From positions 197,222,001 through 197,286,000 of the forward strand of contig OZ024742.1 in NCBI GenBank assembly GCA_964016885.1: DNA of 64,000 nucleotides, given 5' to 3'. The notes beneath the pieces were generated by a model, which was given only the letters and a program-made list of their open reading frames with translations, had not been told where the DNA came from and made no database searches. Source of the stretch: Eledone cirrhosa. Lineage: Eukaryota. Positions 38,046 through 50,490 of the stretch are shown here, in pieces. A program made the position numbers and the translations under genes. The number at the start of each line of letters is the position of its first letter. Position 1 is the stretch's first letter.

Positions 38046-38336
38046 TCCTTTGTCAGTGTTGAACAAACGAGCAACGATGGTTGCTAGACACTACGGCTTA
38101 ATACGGGATGTTTGTTTACAAACACACCGAGCATTATACTAAATGTTCGGTGAATCCATACGTACATATATATATATATGTGCATGTATGTATATATATA
38201 TAGATACTACTGTACGTCTGTATACATATATGTGTGTACGTGTACATACTTATATTTAAGTAATAGCTGTACTAAGAGTGGGAAATGAAATTTCGTTTCA
38301 TTTTTTCCGCTTATATATATATATATACGTGTATAC

Positions 38337-38430
<94 letters not shown>

Positions 38431-38466
38431 ATGTGTGTGTGTATATTTATATATATGTGTGTATGT

Positions 38467-38552
<86 letters not shown>

Positions 38553-38615
38553 GTATATATATATACATATATATATACATCTATATATATACACATATAT
38601 ATATATATAAATATA

Positions 38616-38649
<34 letters not shown>

Positions 38650-38654
38650 AGGAA

Positions 38655-39050
38655 GTTATAGTTCACTTGAAGCATTGTGTAATGAGGTATACACGCTTGA
38701 AGTTGTAAGGCCAAGACAATGCAGGTATGGATATAGAATATAAATGCAAATGTAAAAGTTATTGTTGACAATTAGTCTTTTATCTTAAATTTATTTAAAT
38801 ATCCTTAATTTTCGAGATAATATCTCTTCTTCGGAGGGAAGTAAAGTGGTTAATCCAGTATTTTAATTAGCTTGCCAATGTAAGTTAATTAGATCACTGG
38901 ATTAACCACTTTACTTCTCTCCGAAGAAGAGATATTAAGGATATTTAAATAAATTTAAGGTAAAAGACTAATTGTCAACAATAACTTTTACATTTGCATT
39001 TATATTCTATATCCATACCTGCATTCTCTTGGCCTTACAACTACAACGTT
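38655..39050. mobile_element. inverted pair of solo PLE pLTRs (same family as 47580-47800)
   Basis: 38697-38870 is inverted at 38885-39050; HHR variant CCGAAGA on minus strand at 38802-38839. Confidence 0.85.
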
Positions 39051-39104
39051 TATATATATATATACATACATAGAGAGAGAGAGAGAGAGAGAGATAGATA
39101 GATG

Positions 39105-39187
<83 letters not shown>

Positions 39188-39764
39188 CGACCGAGAGAAG
39201 GGAGAGAGAGATCAAGATAAATCTTGTTTGAACTGACTTAGTTACGATATTTTACGTTCCCTGCAATCTTATGCTTTAAATGGATGATGCTGGGATCGAA
39301 ACGGAGAAGGAGTGATTATAAACACCATTTTCAACAATTGGTAAAGAAAACAGAAGTCAAATAAAGCACGTGAGAAAAATTGAAGAGATAAACATTGGAT
39401 AGATTAGCAGGTGGAGGAAGTGTGGAGAGAGAGAGAGAGAAGAAACATTTACGGAAAAAAAAATATATATATATATAAGATGTACAAATCTATAAAATGT
39501 AGATGTAAATGAAACATAATAACAATTATGCCATGAGAGAGAACAGCTGAAGATGTGTTCAGAAATAATATTTGAGAGGAAATACCCAATGGTCTCTAAC
39601 TGGCTTTGCGGTCAGGAAGAGCAGATTTACGTTACACCCCGTCACTTATGAATAACTAGTGATAGCCTGCCCTTACAATTATTAATAACCTGATACAAAA
39701 CGATAAATCTTTCTGACAAGATATGTGAACATATTTAGATTCTTGATTCATGCTTAATCATGTA

Positions 39765-39809
<45 letters not shown>

Positions 39810-39817
39810 TATTATAT

Positions 39818-40130
39818 ACGATCTGAGTTCAACTCCCGCCGAGGTTAACTTTGCCTTTCATCCTTACGGGGTCGATAAAATAAAGTACCAGTAATGAACT
39901 GGGTAATTGCTGGCCTTGTGCCTAAAGTAGAAACAATTATATTATATCATTGTTTCTAATTTTGGCACAAGGCCAGCAATTACTCAGTGCATTACTGGTA
40001 CTTTATTTTATCGACCCCGTAAGGATGAAAGGCAAAGTTAACCTCGGCGGGATTTGAACTCAGAATGGAAAGGGCTGTAACTCTTTGCGTTAAAGCATGT
40101 CATCCGACCCTCTACCGATACTGCCAATCC
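39818..40130. mobile_element. tail-to-tail pair of SINE family A copies
   Basis: Plus copy at 39818-39937, minus copy at 39950-40130; arms highly complementary. Confidence 0.88.
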
Positions 40131-40476
40131 AGTAGAAACAATTATATAATATAATGTATAGAGGGACGTTGTAAACAACTTTTCAAAGAGAATGCTTTCT
40201 AAAGAGAAGTTACAAGTTTACACTAAATATACTTTTCCTAACATCTTACGTACGTAATATGTATTTAATTTTCTGTCACATTCTTATAGAGTTAAATATT
40301 TTAGTGATACAAATTGAACGAATAACAGTAGTTTTCTCACTTCAATCTCAGCCGAAGCCTTACAATCTTAGATAACGGGAAGGAAATTGTAGCATATAAT
40401 CCTTATTAATATTTTGGAACTCAGCTGCAAAATATATCGCACACACATATACTCCACTCTGCTCTGCACATATATA

Positions 40477-40645
40477 TTACTCTTTTATTCTTTTACTGTT
40501 TGCAGTCATTAGACAGCGGCCACGTTGGTACACCACTGCGAATGGATTTATTATATCATAGTATCTATTTATTATTTATTTATAAGTCTGGTAATTATTT
40601 TATCGACGTCTGTAGAACCACTAAGTTACAGAGCATGAGCACACA
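40477..40645 (-). mobile_element. degenerate SINE 3' portion
   Basis: GTCGATAAAATAATTACCAG core remnant and (AAAAGAGT/AAAAGAAT) tail on the minus strand. Confidence 0.5.
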
Positions 40646-40769
40646 TACACATATATATATTTATGTGTGTGTATTTGTAAATACACACACACACACACAC
40701 AGTGCTCATCATATAGACATATATATATATGCATGTTATTATCCATGTTTGTATGTAAAAATATATATG

Positions 40770-40840
<71 letters not shown>

Positions 40841-42440
40841 CATATATATATAAATATCGCAAGAAAGGAGCTACATGTGAACTGTACGCAATACTATCCT
40901 GCAGACATATATTTCTTGTATGTGTTTTCATTAATTAGATAATTAAAAAAAAAAAATCTATTAAAGCAAATTATTAGATTGAAGAAAAACAACATTATTA
41001 AAGAGGCCGTGATATTTCCAACGTACAGCTGTGGGGTAAGATATTTTGCATGAAACATCCGATATTTCCGTCTCGCTGATGAGTGACACGGATATTTTCG
41101 TACTGAATAGCCTTAAGCTTTGAAAAAAAAGAAAGAAAAGAAACAAGAATGTTTTATGGCTTAGACAGAAATGGCTGAAAGGGTAGGGTAGAGTAAACCG
41201 CTCACTCCCCGTGACATTTGCAGAGGTACCAAGGGTCGTATGAGTAAGAGGAAAGGGATGAAGGAAGCACAATTCGTAGATTATTCCAGTAGGAAGCAAT
41301 GCATTACATATTAAGTTATTATCTGATCGGTGATTTGGGACGAATGCTTGCAACAGAGTGTACGGTCATCACTGAACGTACAACAGAGAGGACAACATTA
41401 ATGCGTACAACAGACATTCAGACATGTCACATCTCCCCGTCCGAGGGGAAGATCTCCCACCCACTTTGGAGTGCGTGAGAGATGTTTTCTCTTGTGAAAA
41501 TGGGTATAGCTTTCATTATGTAAAATCTCCCCATTTTGCCTCATTTCTTCCCGTTTTGGGACACCTTTTTTCATGGCACACCCGTTTGCGTTTTTAGAGG
41601 TTAACAGGTCTGTCACCAATACATACAACAGAGGGGACGGCCATAACTAATGCGTACAACACAGTGGTCATCATTAATGCAAATTTTCCCACAATTGAAT
41701 TCAAGTTGTACATATCTGCAAAATTACATAATCTGAGACGATGTGTTGAATCTAAGGCAAATTACATTCTGGAAGAGTCATTTTATAACAGTAATCGGTA
41801 GTTTTTCGTTCAACTTAATATCATTATAATATTATAAAACTGTCAGCCCCGTGTTGGTGCAATGGTAGCGCAGCAGCCCACGTTTTGGACGGCGAATTGG
41901 CAAAGCCAATAGCAGTCGCTACATGTCATAGTGGCTAACGCACTCGGCAAGAATACAAGAAATAAGAAGTTTGAATCTCTTAACGGGTGCTGGCCCCTTT
42001 TTTGTGCCTACGTGTATTTTATCCTATTTCATAAAAATTGTTTATATCGATCGGATGTTATTACAGTTATTTTCTGTGTTTGGATTTCCATATTTCAAAT
42101 TTTAAATCATCCAAGTACCTCGATAAATTATATATCAATATATTATATACTAGCAGAATGGCCCGACGTTGCTCGGGCCTCTAAACATAGATTGGCATGT
42201 TTATCCCTCCTTTCTGAAACAGTACAGAGAAGTACGGAATACCTCGGCCTGGGGATGGTGTCTACATTTTGTGCTTAGGCAAATAATGTTCCATTAAGAT
42301 TTTTCAAAAGCATGTAATTGCGTTCCCTCTCTTTTTTGTTGTTGTTTTTGCTGCTGTTGGTGTGATAGCAGCCGTTGGTCGTACTACTAACACAATCTCG
42401 TCCTTCTCCAGTCAATCGTGTATATCCCCTTCTGCCTCGT

Positions 42441-42830
42441 CTACCTAAACAATGATTTTAGCACCTCCTTGTACATAATGTTCCTTGTTCTTCCGAGTCG
42501 GGCATATGCAAAGAGATTTGTGTTGCTTCCCACTCTTGAGCAGCCAACGTATATTTGCCCGTGTGAAAAACATGACTCTTCCAAAAGCAGACCAGCAACA
42601 GCCAGGGTTTGACCCTGGGATTTGTTGATAGACATTGTAAAGCTGACACGGTTCGGCGAATGGTTCGTTGGTTGTCTGTTTCAAGTGCTCTTCTGGTAGC
42701 AGTACGTTCAGCATCTTGCGACCGTCCAATAGCAGATTCCACTGACGATTCGTTTGCCCGCCTTGTTCTTTTTCTTGCCGCTTTCGCAGTATTTCGGCCA
42801 ATGGAGTATCTCTTCCTTCGAGGCCTGACC
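42441..42830 (-). pseudogene. deleted RepHel remnant (N-terminus joined to last helicase motifs)
   Basis: VRPRRKRYSIGRNTAKAARKRTRRANE...ETDNQRTIRR joined to MSINKSQGQTL...FSHGQIYVGCSRV. Confidence 0.8.
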
Positions 42831-43084
42831 TAAAAGCAGGACGAAGTACACTAAGACTAACTGGTAGAGTAAGGAGTAAACTCGTCAGTGATGCATATGA
42901 TTTCTGAACCGTTGACTATGTAATTGCTGGCCTTGTACCAAAAGTAGTGGGAATTGTGGGTGGCATATGGACAGTAACAATGACGATAAGCCGTCTGTGC
43001 TTTCGTGAAATAAATACGTTTGTTTATAATTTGTTTTTGTGTATGCAAAATTATCTGTACACGAATATATAATTATATATATAA

Positions 43085-43300
43085 ATTAAAATAACAGATT
43101 AAAGTTTAAGCAAAGATTCGCTGCTTTTACCCTTAACGGGATCTTCTGAAACTAAAAAAATCAATCTGTGAACGCAGAAGTAAATATTTCGAAAAACGTT
43201 GCAACCAAAGGAAAACAGGAAGGCGATACTTTGGTTCGTGACGACGTTCCCTGGCAATTAACGGAAAATAGCGAAGATAATACGTCAGCAATGAGAACAA
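43085..43300 (-). mobile_element. PLE family N1 pLTR fragment inside the Helitron
   Basis: Reverse complement of ~26060-26258, including the CAGAAGA HHR (43095-43168). Confidence 0.85.
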
Positions 43301-43864
43301 TGTTTTCATAATGTCGTAATGCAGACAGCCAGGCATACAAACAGATATTATAAGGGCGCGAAGTTATAGCTATGTATCTATCTAAAAAGACAGACTAAGA
43401 AAGAGAGATAAGATCGCTAACCGGCGCCTAACACCCCTTTAACAACAGAACATTGAAAAATAAAAGCTGCAGTTAATATCTTTAGACCACAAGGAATATA
43501 TAAATGCAAGTTTGAAGTCAATCGGAGTAGAAATGTGGATTTGTATAGACTTTGCAAAAATTAGGATACACACACACAGACAATTTCAGTTTTATATATA
43601 TGTATAGATATATGTGTGTGTGTGTATAAATGTAATCTGAGATTATATATATCAGAATGAAGGCGGTAAAAACCAGTTAGACCATTACTCACCAGAGTAC
43701 TCGATACTTGGGGTAGTAGAATGGGTAATATGGAAATTTCGGGACCCGATGGCTGAGCTCCGGCCATTTTAACAGCTAGATCCGAACTATTGAAACGGCC
43801 GGAGCTCAGCCGTTGGGGTCCAGAATTTTTCATACACACATTTTTCAAACACACACACACACAC

Positions 43865-43964
<100 letters not shown>

Positions 43965-44062
43965 TTACATGTACATATTATATGTATATATATATATGAA
44001 ACATTTTGGACCCACTCTACTATACCAAGTATCGAGCATTCTGATGAGTAAAACTGCATCCA

Positions 44063-44095
<33 letters not shown>

Positions 44096-44371
44096 TCCCA
44101 TCGGAAGTGAGAGACCCCTAGTTCTTGTTAGGACATCATTCTAGGATGTCTGTAGTTTAGAAAGTGGGATTGGTCCAGTGCAAATTAAAAAAGCTTCACA
44201 TGATTTAATCGACTTTCATGTGAGTTGTGTGAGCATGGCCTTTTCTTCTTTCTTTCGTTGCAAAATATGCAGAAAGGTCACGTTCGTGCCACCCATATAT
44301 GGGGAAAAGGTCAAGAGATGGCAATTCTCGAAACGAAGATGCAGCATAAATAAATAAAAGAATAAAATATA

Positions 44372-44509
<138 letters not shown>

Positions 44510-44585
44510 GCAAATATATACATATGCATACACACACACACACACATATATATATATACACTGTATTTTATATATATATTTATTT

Positions 44586-44722
<137 letters not shown>

Positions 44723-44979
44723 GTATGCATATATTTATATACATATGCACATATGTACATATATATATGCATACACACAGATATATATATATACATATAT
44801 AAATACAATATATATATATAATTATTAACTTGTTCAGTAGAATCGTAGTTTACTGAGGAATGTACCAAATTCGACGTTCTATGTTATTGCAGAGCGTATA
44901 TATTAAGAACAAAACGAGGTTCCACATTAATGTCTTTAATGATTATACACAGCTTTGAATGTTTAACAGATGTATATAT

Positions 44980-45618
44980 ATTTATTAAAATAACAGATTA
45001 AAGTTTAAGGAAAGAATCGCTGCTTTCACCTTAACGGGATCTTCTGAAACGAACAAAGTCAATCTGTGAACGCATAGGTAAATATTTCAAAAAACGTTGC
45101 AACGAACGGGAAAGAACGGGGAAAAAAACCCAAATAAAATACGTCATTATTTGGAGCGGTGAAAAACAATTACACGCAAAGACAAAACCACGCTTTTTGT
45201 ATAAAAGAAGTCGTAGACTAATATTCTATTAAATGTTCATAGAGACGTTCTCTGGCAATGAACGGAAAAAACGAAGATAATACGTCATATGTAGAGCGGC
45301 GAGAACAATTGCACGCAAAGACAAAACCACGTAAATGGTATAACTGAAGTCGTAGACTAAAATTCTAACTAGGAAACCGAATGATTCTCGGCTTCAGAGT
45401 TAAGAATAAAGTAAATAAAATACAGAGGTAATTGAAATTAAATAAATACATACACGCATCCATATACGTACATACACAAGCATACGCGAAAACACTCGCC
45501 ATAGGTATACAAATATACGCACGTACACTAAAAAAACCCGAACGCACATACAGAACCCACGCAACGCCTGTACTCGCACGCATACGAATGTATACACCAA
45601 ATACACATAAAAATATAT

Positions 45619-45659
<41 letters not shown>

Positions 45660-46626
45660 TGTGTGTGTGTGCGTGTATACCTATAATTAAATAAACGTAT
45701 ATAAATAAATAAATACGAAAAAAACAAGCGCACACACATACCTACATGTAAAAACACATATGTTTGGAGACGTACATCAACCAAAACACGAAGTATACAT
45801 ATACACACACTCTACATACGTACGAACCCGCATACTCACACAGACGCAAAACTCACGTATACACATAACCAAAAGCATATGTACCAGAATATATAATATA
45901 TACGCCATAACATATACAATCAAATATACGTACGAGGAAGTTTACGTACCTTCACAAAACATACAGCTAATATATACTTACCTATACAAATAAGTAATGG
46001 TATAAATATAACATATACTTAGCTACCACATCAAGACGTAAAATATATGCTCCAAATATGACGTATTATCTTCGTTTTTTCCGTTCATTGCCATTTAATA
46101 GAATATTAGTCTACGACTTCTTTTATACAATAAACGTGGTTTTGTCTTTGCATGTAATTGTTTTTCACCGCTCCAAATAATGACGTATTATATTCGTTTT
46201 TTTCCCGTTCTTTGCCAGGGAACGTTTCCACGAACGAAAGTATCGTCTTCCTGTCTTCCTCCGGTTGCAACGTTTTTTGAAATATTTACCTCTGCGTTCA
46301 CAGATTGACTTTGTTCGTTTCAGAAGATCCCGTTAAGGGTGAAAGCAGCGATTCTTTGCTTAAATTTTAATCTGTTATTTTAATAAATATTTGCTCTACG
46401 GTTCTTATATATTTGATATATATTTATCCTTATCGAGACCTCTTTGAATTTTAGTCTTCAAATTTATTATTATTACTATATATATATATATAGTTTCAAA
46501 AGACCCCGTTAAGGGTGAAAGCAGCGATTCTTTGCTTAAACTTTAATCTGTTATTTTAATATATATATATATATATATATTAAAATAACTGATTAAAGTT
46601 TAAGCAAAGAATCGCTGCTTTCACCC
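44980..46626. mobile_element. PLE family N1 3'UTR/pLTR in inverted arrangement, no ORF
   Basis: 44980-46020 is the reverse complement of 25270-26262; 46035-46480 is a plus-strand pLTR with HHR at 46301-46374; extra HHR fragments at 46492-46626. Confidence 0.88.
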
Positions 46627-46685
46627 TATCCAACTGATAAGGTATGATTTTCCTGGGTATGTCTCTATTTATAAAACAAACTTTG

Positions 46686-46748
46686 TATTTTATCTGAAGA
46701 AAGCGTACCAAAATGTATTGGTACCCTTGAAATATATATAATAAAATA
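46686..46748 (+). ncRNA. type I hammerhead ribozyme in solo pLTR (46625-46862) of PLE family N3
   Basis: tattttat CTGAAGA aagcgtacca...tggtaccctt GAAA tatat ATA ataaaata. Confidence 0.85.
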
Positions 46749-47579
46749 AATATTGTTTTGTAAATATAGTTTCCATTTATTTAATATCATTGAAATCAGT
46801 TATAAACATTTATATTTATATTTGTCAGATTTCTAACAAATTAAATACCCTTTCTACTTATATATATATATATATATTTATTACTGTTGTGCGATATTGT
46901 GGTTTTTATTGGTTGTAACTTCTCTGTTTTTTAGCCTAAGAAAATATATATATGCCTATGTATATAATTACATGCATACATTTATTTTTTAAAATTAATT
47001 GAGTTCTTTACACGAGGAATTGATATTGGTTTTGAAATAACTAATTAACCCGCGTGTGTTTTATATATTACTCTTAATTCGGCCGGTGATTTACATTCCC
47101 ATTTGCCCTTTAAAGCATAACTTTCCGTATTTACTACGGTTACGAGATGCGGTTTCTTATTCAGGTACAACCTCTGATTTTAGCCTAAGAAAATATCTAT
47201 ATGCGTGTGTAATTTATACACGCATATATTTATTTTTTTAATTTCAATTGAGTTCTTAACACGTTGGATTGATAATGTTTTCGAAAAAACTGATTAACCC
47301 GCGTGTATATTATTTTTTTTCCTCCTTTCGTGGATCATAGTTGTCTCCCCTTCCCGCTTAGTGACGCTATAATACTTCCTCAGTCCAAAACTGCTGGAAT
47401 TTCAATTTTGCCGGTCATTCGATGCGGGAAGGAGCAACTTAACAGACACGATTTTTAACTGTGGTAAGAAATGTTTTTCTTATATCAAAGTTTAATGGGC
47501 TTCCACTGATGATTTATAAGCGCCCACCTAAATATATTCTTACATGAATGTATATTAGGCTTCTACATAAACTGGAAAT

Positions 47580-50200
47580 TGTAGTTTACTTGAAGCATTG
47601 CGTAATGAGGTATAAACGTTTGGAGTTGGAAGGCCAAGACAATGCAGGTATGGATATAGAATATAAATGCAAATGCAAAAGATATTGTTGACAATTAGTC
47701 TTTTACCTTAAATTTATTTAAATATCCTTAATTTTCGAGATAATATCTCTTCTTCGGAGGGAAGTAAAGGGGTTAATCCAGTGTTCTAATTAGCTTGCCA
47801 AGTCATGCTGACAGGAAATGGTATAGAGATTCCATTCTATCTCTAATATCAAAGAGTGAAGGTTAGGTGGATAAAGAGGTGTCTCCTTTTAAAAGGGGTT
47901 TTGTACATGTATGTTTAAGTGTGTGGGAGAATACGTGAAGGCGTAAGTATGCGTGTGTGTGTGTGTGAGTGTGTGAGAGGATATGTGTATATGTAAATGT
48001 GGGGGCAAGATTCTCTATCATGTTAAAACTCGTCTTTGTGTGTGTATGTATGTGTGTGAGAGAGAATAAGTGGAGGTGAAAACGTGTGTGTGTGTGCGTG
48101 TGTGCGTGCGTGTGCATGTGTGTTTGTGTGTGAGAGGGGGGTGTACGTGTGGAGGTAGGTGTTTTTTATCATGTTAAAAATTGGGTGTTGAGTTCTAGTC
48201 TATTATTGATTGGTGGTTGTGTTTTGTCTATAATCAGTACTTCCTTAATTCTAAGATTGCCGAGGTTTCTTTCCTTAGTTTCTATCCTAACTGTTATGTT
48301 TTTGTCGGTGTTTTTGCATTTCACTAGGTGTTTCTTAAATGAGGAAGCGTTAGTATAGAGGTGTTCTTTTATTCTTATGTAAAGTGGTCTGGTGGTGCTA
48401 CCTATGTAGAAATTGCTGCATTTGTCGCACTCTAATCTGTAAGCCTGATGGCATAGGTCTCTGTCGTTGATAGGGCAGTTGGCTAGCCTGCAGCGGCTGT
48501 CCTGTCTGGTAGAGTGTCTTTTGGTTAGCTGTCCGCGTATAGAAGGTCTTGACTGGGCTAGTTGGATATCTAGTCCCTCTCGTCTGATAGCTCTGCGGAT
48601 GGCTGTTGTTGTTTCGTCACTGAAGTGTGGGAGCTTCAGGAAGCAGGTGTTAGTGTCTCGGGTGTGGTGTCCTCTGTTGTTTCTGGAACGGTTCGCGGTG
48701 GACGTCGGGTATGCGTTCAGTTTAAGTACTTCCAGGAAATGTGTGGTGTGTATCTCGGTCTCTTGCGTCGGTGCATTTGTTCCGGATAAGTGTTAGTTCG
48801 TTCCTTATGTATCCGAACTTAGCGCTGGCTGGGAGGGCCGATCTGAAATGTACGAACAGGTCCCTGCTGGCGGCTTTTTTTTATAGAAGCAGGTGTGGAT
48901 GTTGCCTTCCTCTGTTACCCTGAGTTGGAAGACCAGTAGGGATAGGAACCGCGGTCATCGGGGTGTTTCATGCTGAACTTTATACTGGCGTCCATGCTGG
49001 AGAATGTTGTGTATATTTTATCCGCCTCCTCACGGGATGATGTAAGGATGAGTATGTCATCTACATATCGGGTGAAGAAGGTATGGGAATGGCAGGTGTT
49101 GAGGGCTCGGCATTCTAGCTGATTCATATAGGTGATGGCCAGCAGGCCCGATAGGCTGGATCCCATGGGTAATCGTGTTGTCTGTCTGTATGTGTGGTGG
49201 TGGAAGGTGAAGTACGTTTTGTCCACTGTGAAGGACAAAAGCTGGTGTATGTCCATCGGATGGAGGCCGTAGCAGTGGATGTCCTCTGCGACCACGCAGT
49301 CCGTCAATAAATAGACAGTTGGATGAGCGAGGACTGTAGTGTAGAGGGAGACAACGTCGAGGCTAAAGGTGTATCTATTTAATTTAAGTTGTTCTGGCTG
49401 GAGTTGGTGTGGTCTACGTATGACCTCGTCGGGGCTACTGACATGCCCGGGAAAAGTGGAGAGTAAAGACTTGAGGACCTGGGAGAGGAGCCAGGAGATT
49501 TTGTATAGGGGTCCTTCTATGTTAGAGACGATGGGTCTTATTTGTGTCTTAGTACTATTCTTGTGGGTCTTGATGAGGTGATAGAAAGTGGGCAGTCTGC
49601 TATTTCTAGTTGTGTAGTTGAACTTAAATTTATTTGGGAGTTGTCTTCTCCAACAGATATCGAACCAGATGGAGTTGGTCTGTTTTTCGATCTATGCTTA
49701 ACGCAAAAATTTCTCAAACTCAGCACGGCTGACCGTCTTAACAACAACCCAACTCTAAGCACCAACAGAGGCGAACAAGACGGTACCAACATCGAACCTA
49801 GCGACGCCCCGACCAACAACACACCTGACGCAAAAGACCTCGTCACAGACTTGACAGGATCCCTCTCCCGAGAGGAATTAGACCTCCTCAGCCTGGGTCC
49901 CAAGTTCATATTGAAACAGCGACTGGTCGACAAATTATGGCTCGACATAGAAACGAATTTCTGTCGGACCGCCTACCAACTAAAATGGATATCGACTCTC
50001 GGCAACAACACCACGGAATCTAACACACCCAGATTCTCGATATACCAACTGGACCACCCACTCTGTCCACCGCCTGCCAACCGCGAGCTTGAAGAAAATA
50101 TCTCGAGGCTAAAATATTCCGTATTTAACATCTTACAGAAACAGAAGAAGATAGCACAAAACCTCTCCAGGACACAACTCGCCCTGAAGAAGGTTAGGTG
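47580..50200 (-). mobile_element. Penelope-like element (non-Naiad, Poseidon/Nematis-like) with inverted 5' segment
   Basis: Minus strand: FYHLIKTHK..IRPIVS, FSLDVVSLYT, LPMGSSLS, RYVDD, GIY-YIG (YRLEC..C..FYIGST.RPL..RIKEH), pLTR at 47580-47800; plus-strand N-terminal piece at 49612-50195. Confidence 0.88.
47725..47762 (-). ncRNA. minimal hammerhead variant (CCGAAGA core)
   Basis: ttccct CCGAAGA a gagat-att-atctc GAAA a TTA agga; identical core at 38802-38839. Confidence 0.6.
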
Positions 50201-50330
50201 GATATATATATATATATGATTTCAGTTCCTCAGTGAAATAACAACCCAACCAGGAACTGGGCATATCAGAGTATTGACAAAGTTATAGACCTCAACAACA
50301 TATGTACTTGTCTATACTACACTAATTCGG

Positions 50331-50385
50331 ACTGCCTGAAGAGGTCACAGCCAAAGATGGCTGTCACCGAAATATATATAGCAGT
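50331..50385 (+). ncRNA. type I hammerhead ribozyme (solo pLTR ~50218-50430)
   Basis: actgc CTGAAGA ggt.acagcca-aaga-tggctgt.acc GAAA tatat ATA gcagt; followed by AATAAA. Confidence 0.88.
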
Positions 50386-50431
50386 AATAAACGAAGCTAA
50401 ATTTTAAACATTTGACTTATTTATTTTATTT

Positions 50432-50486
<55 letters not shown>

Positions 50487-50490
<4 letters not shown>

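Larger units (their letters stand above)
37530..38310 (+). repeat. head-to-tail ~419-bp tandem of non-coding HHR-bearing family R
   Basis: Units start CTCAGCCGTTAATATGCATAAG at 37530 and 37949; one HHR per unit. Confidence 0.9.
42150..43608 (-). mobile_element. complete non-autonomous Helitron (1459 bp) at an A|T site
   Basis: 5' A|TCTATACATATATATAAAA at 43608; hairpin GGCCCGA-cgttgc-TCGGGCC at 42160-42179; CTAG|T at 42150-42153. Confidence 0.9.

Noticed and set aside
39543-39580. CTGAAGA-tgtgttca-GAAA as a hammerhead
   Set aside because: Only a 2-bp stem II and no stem I complement after the putative cleavage site.
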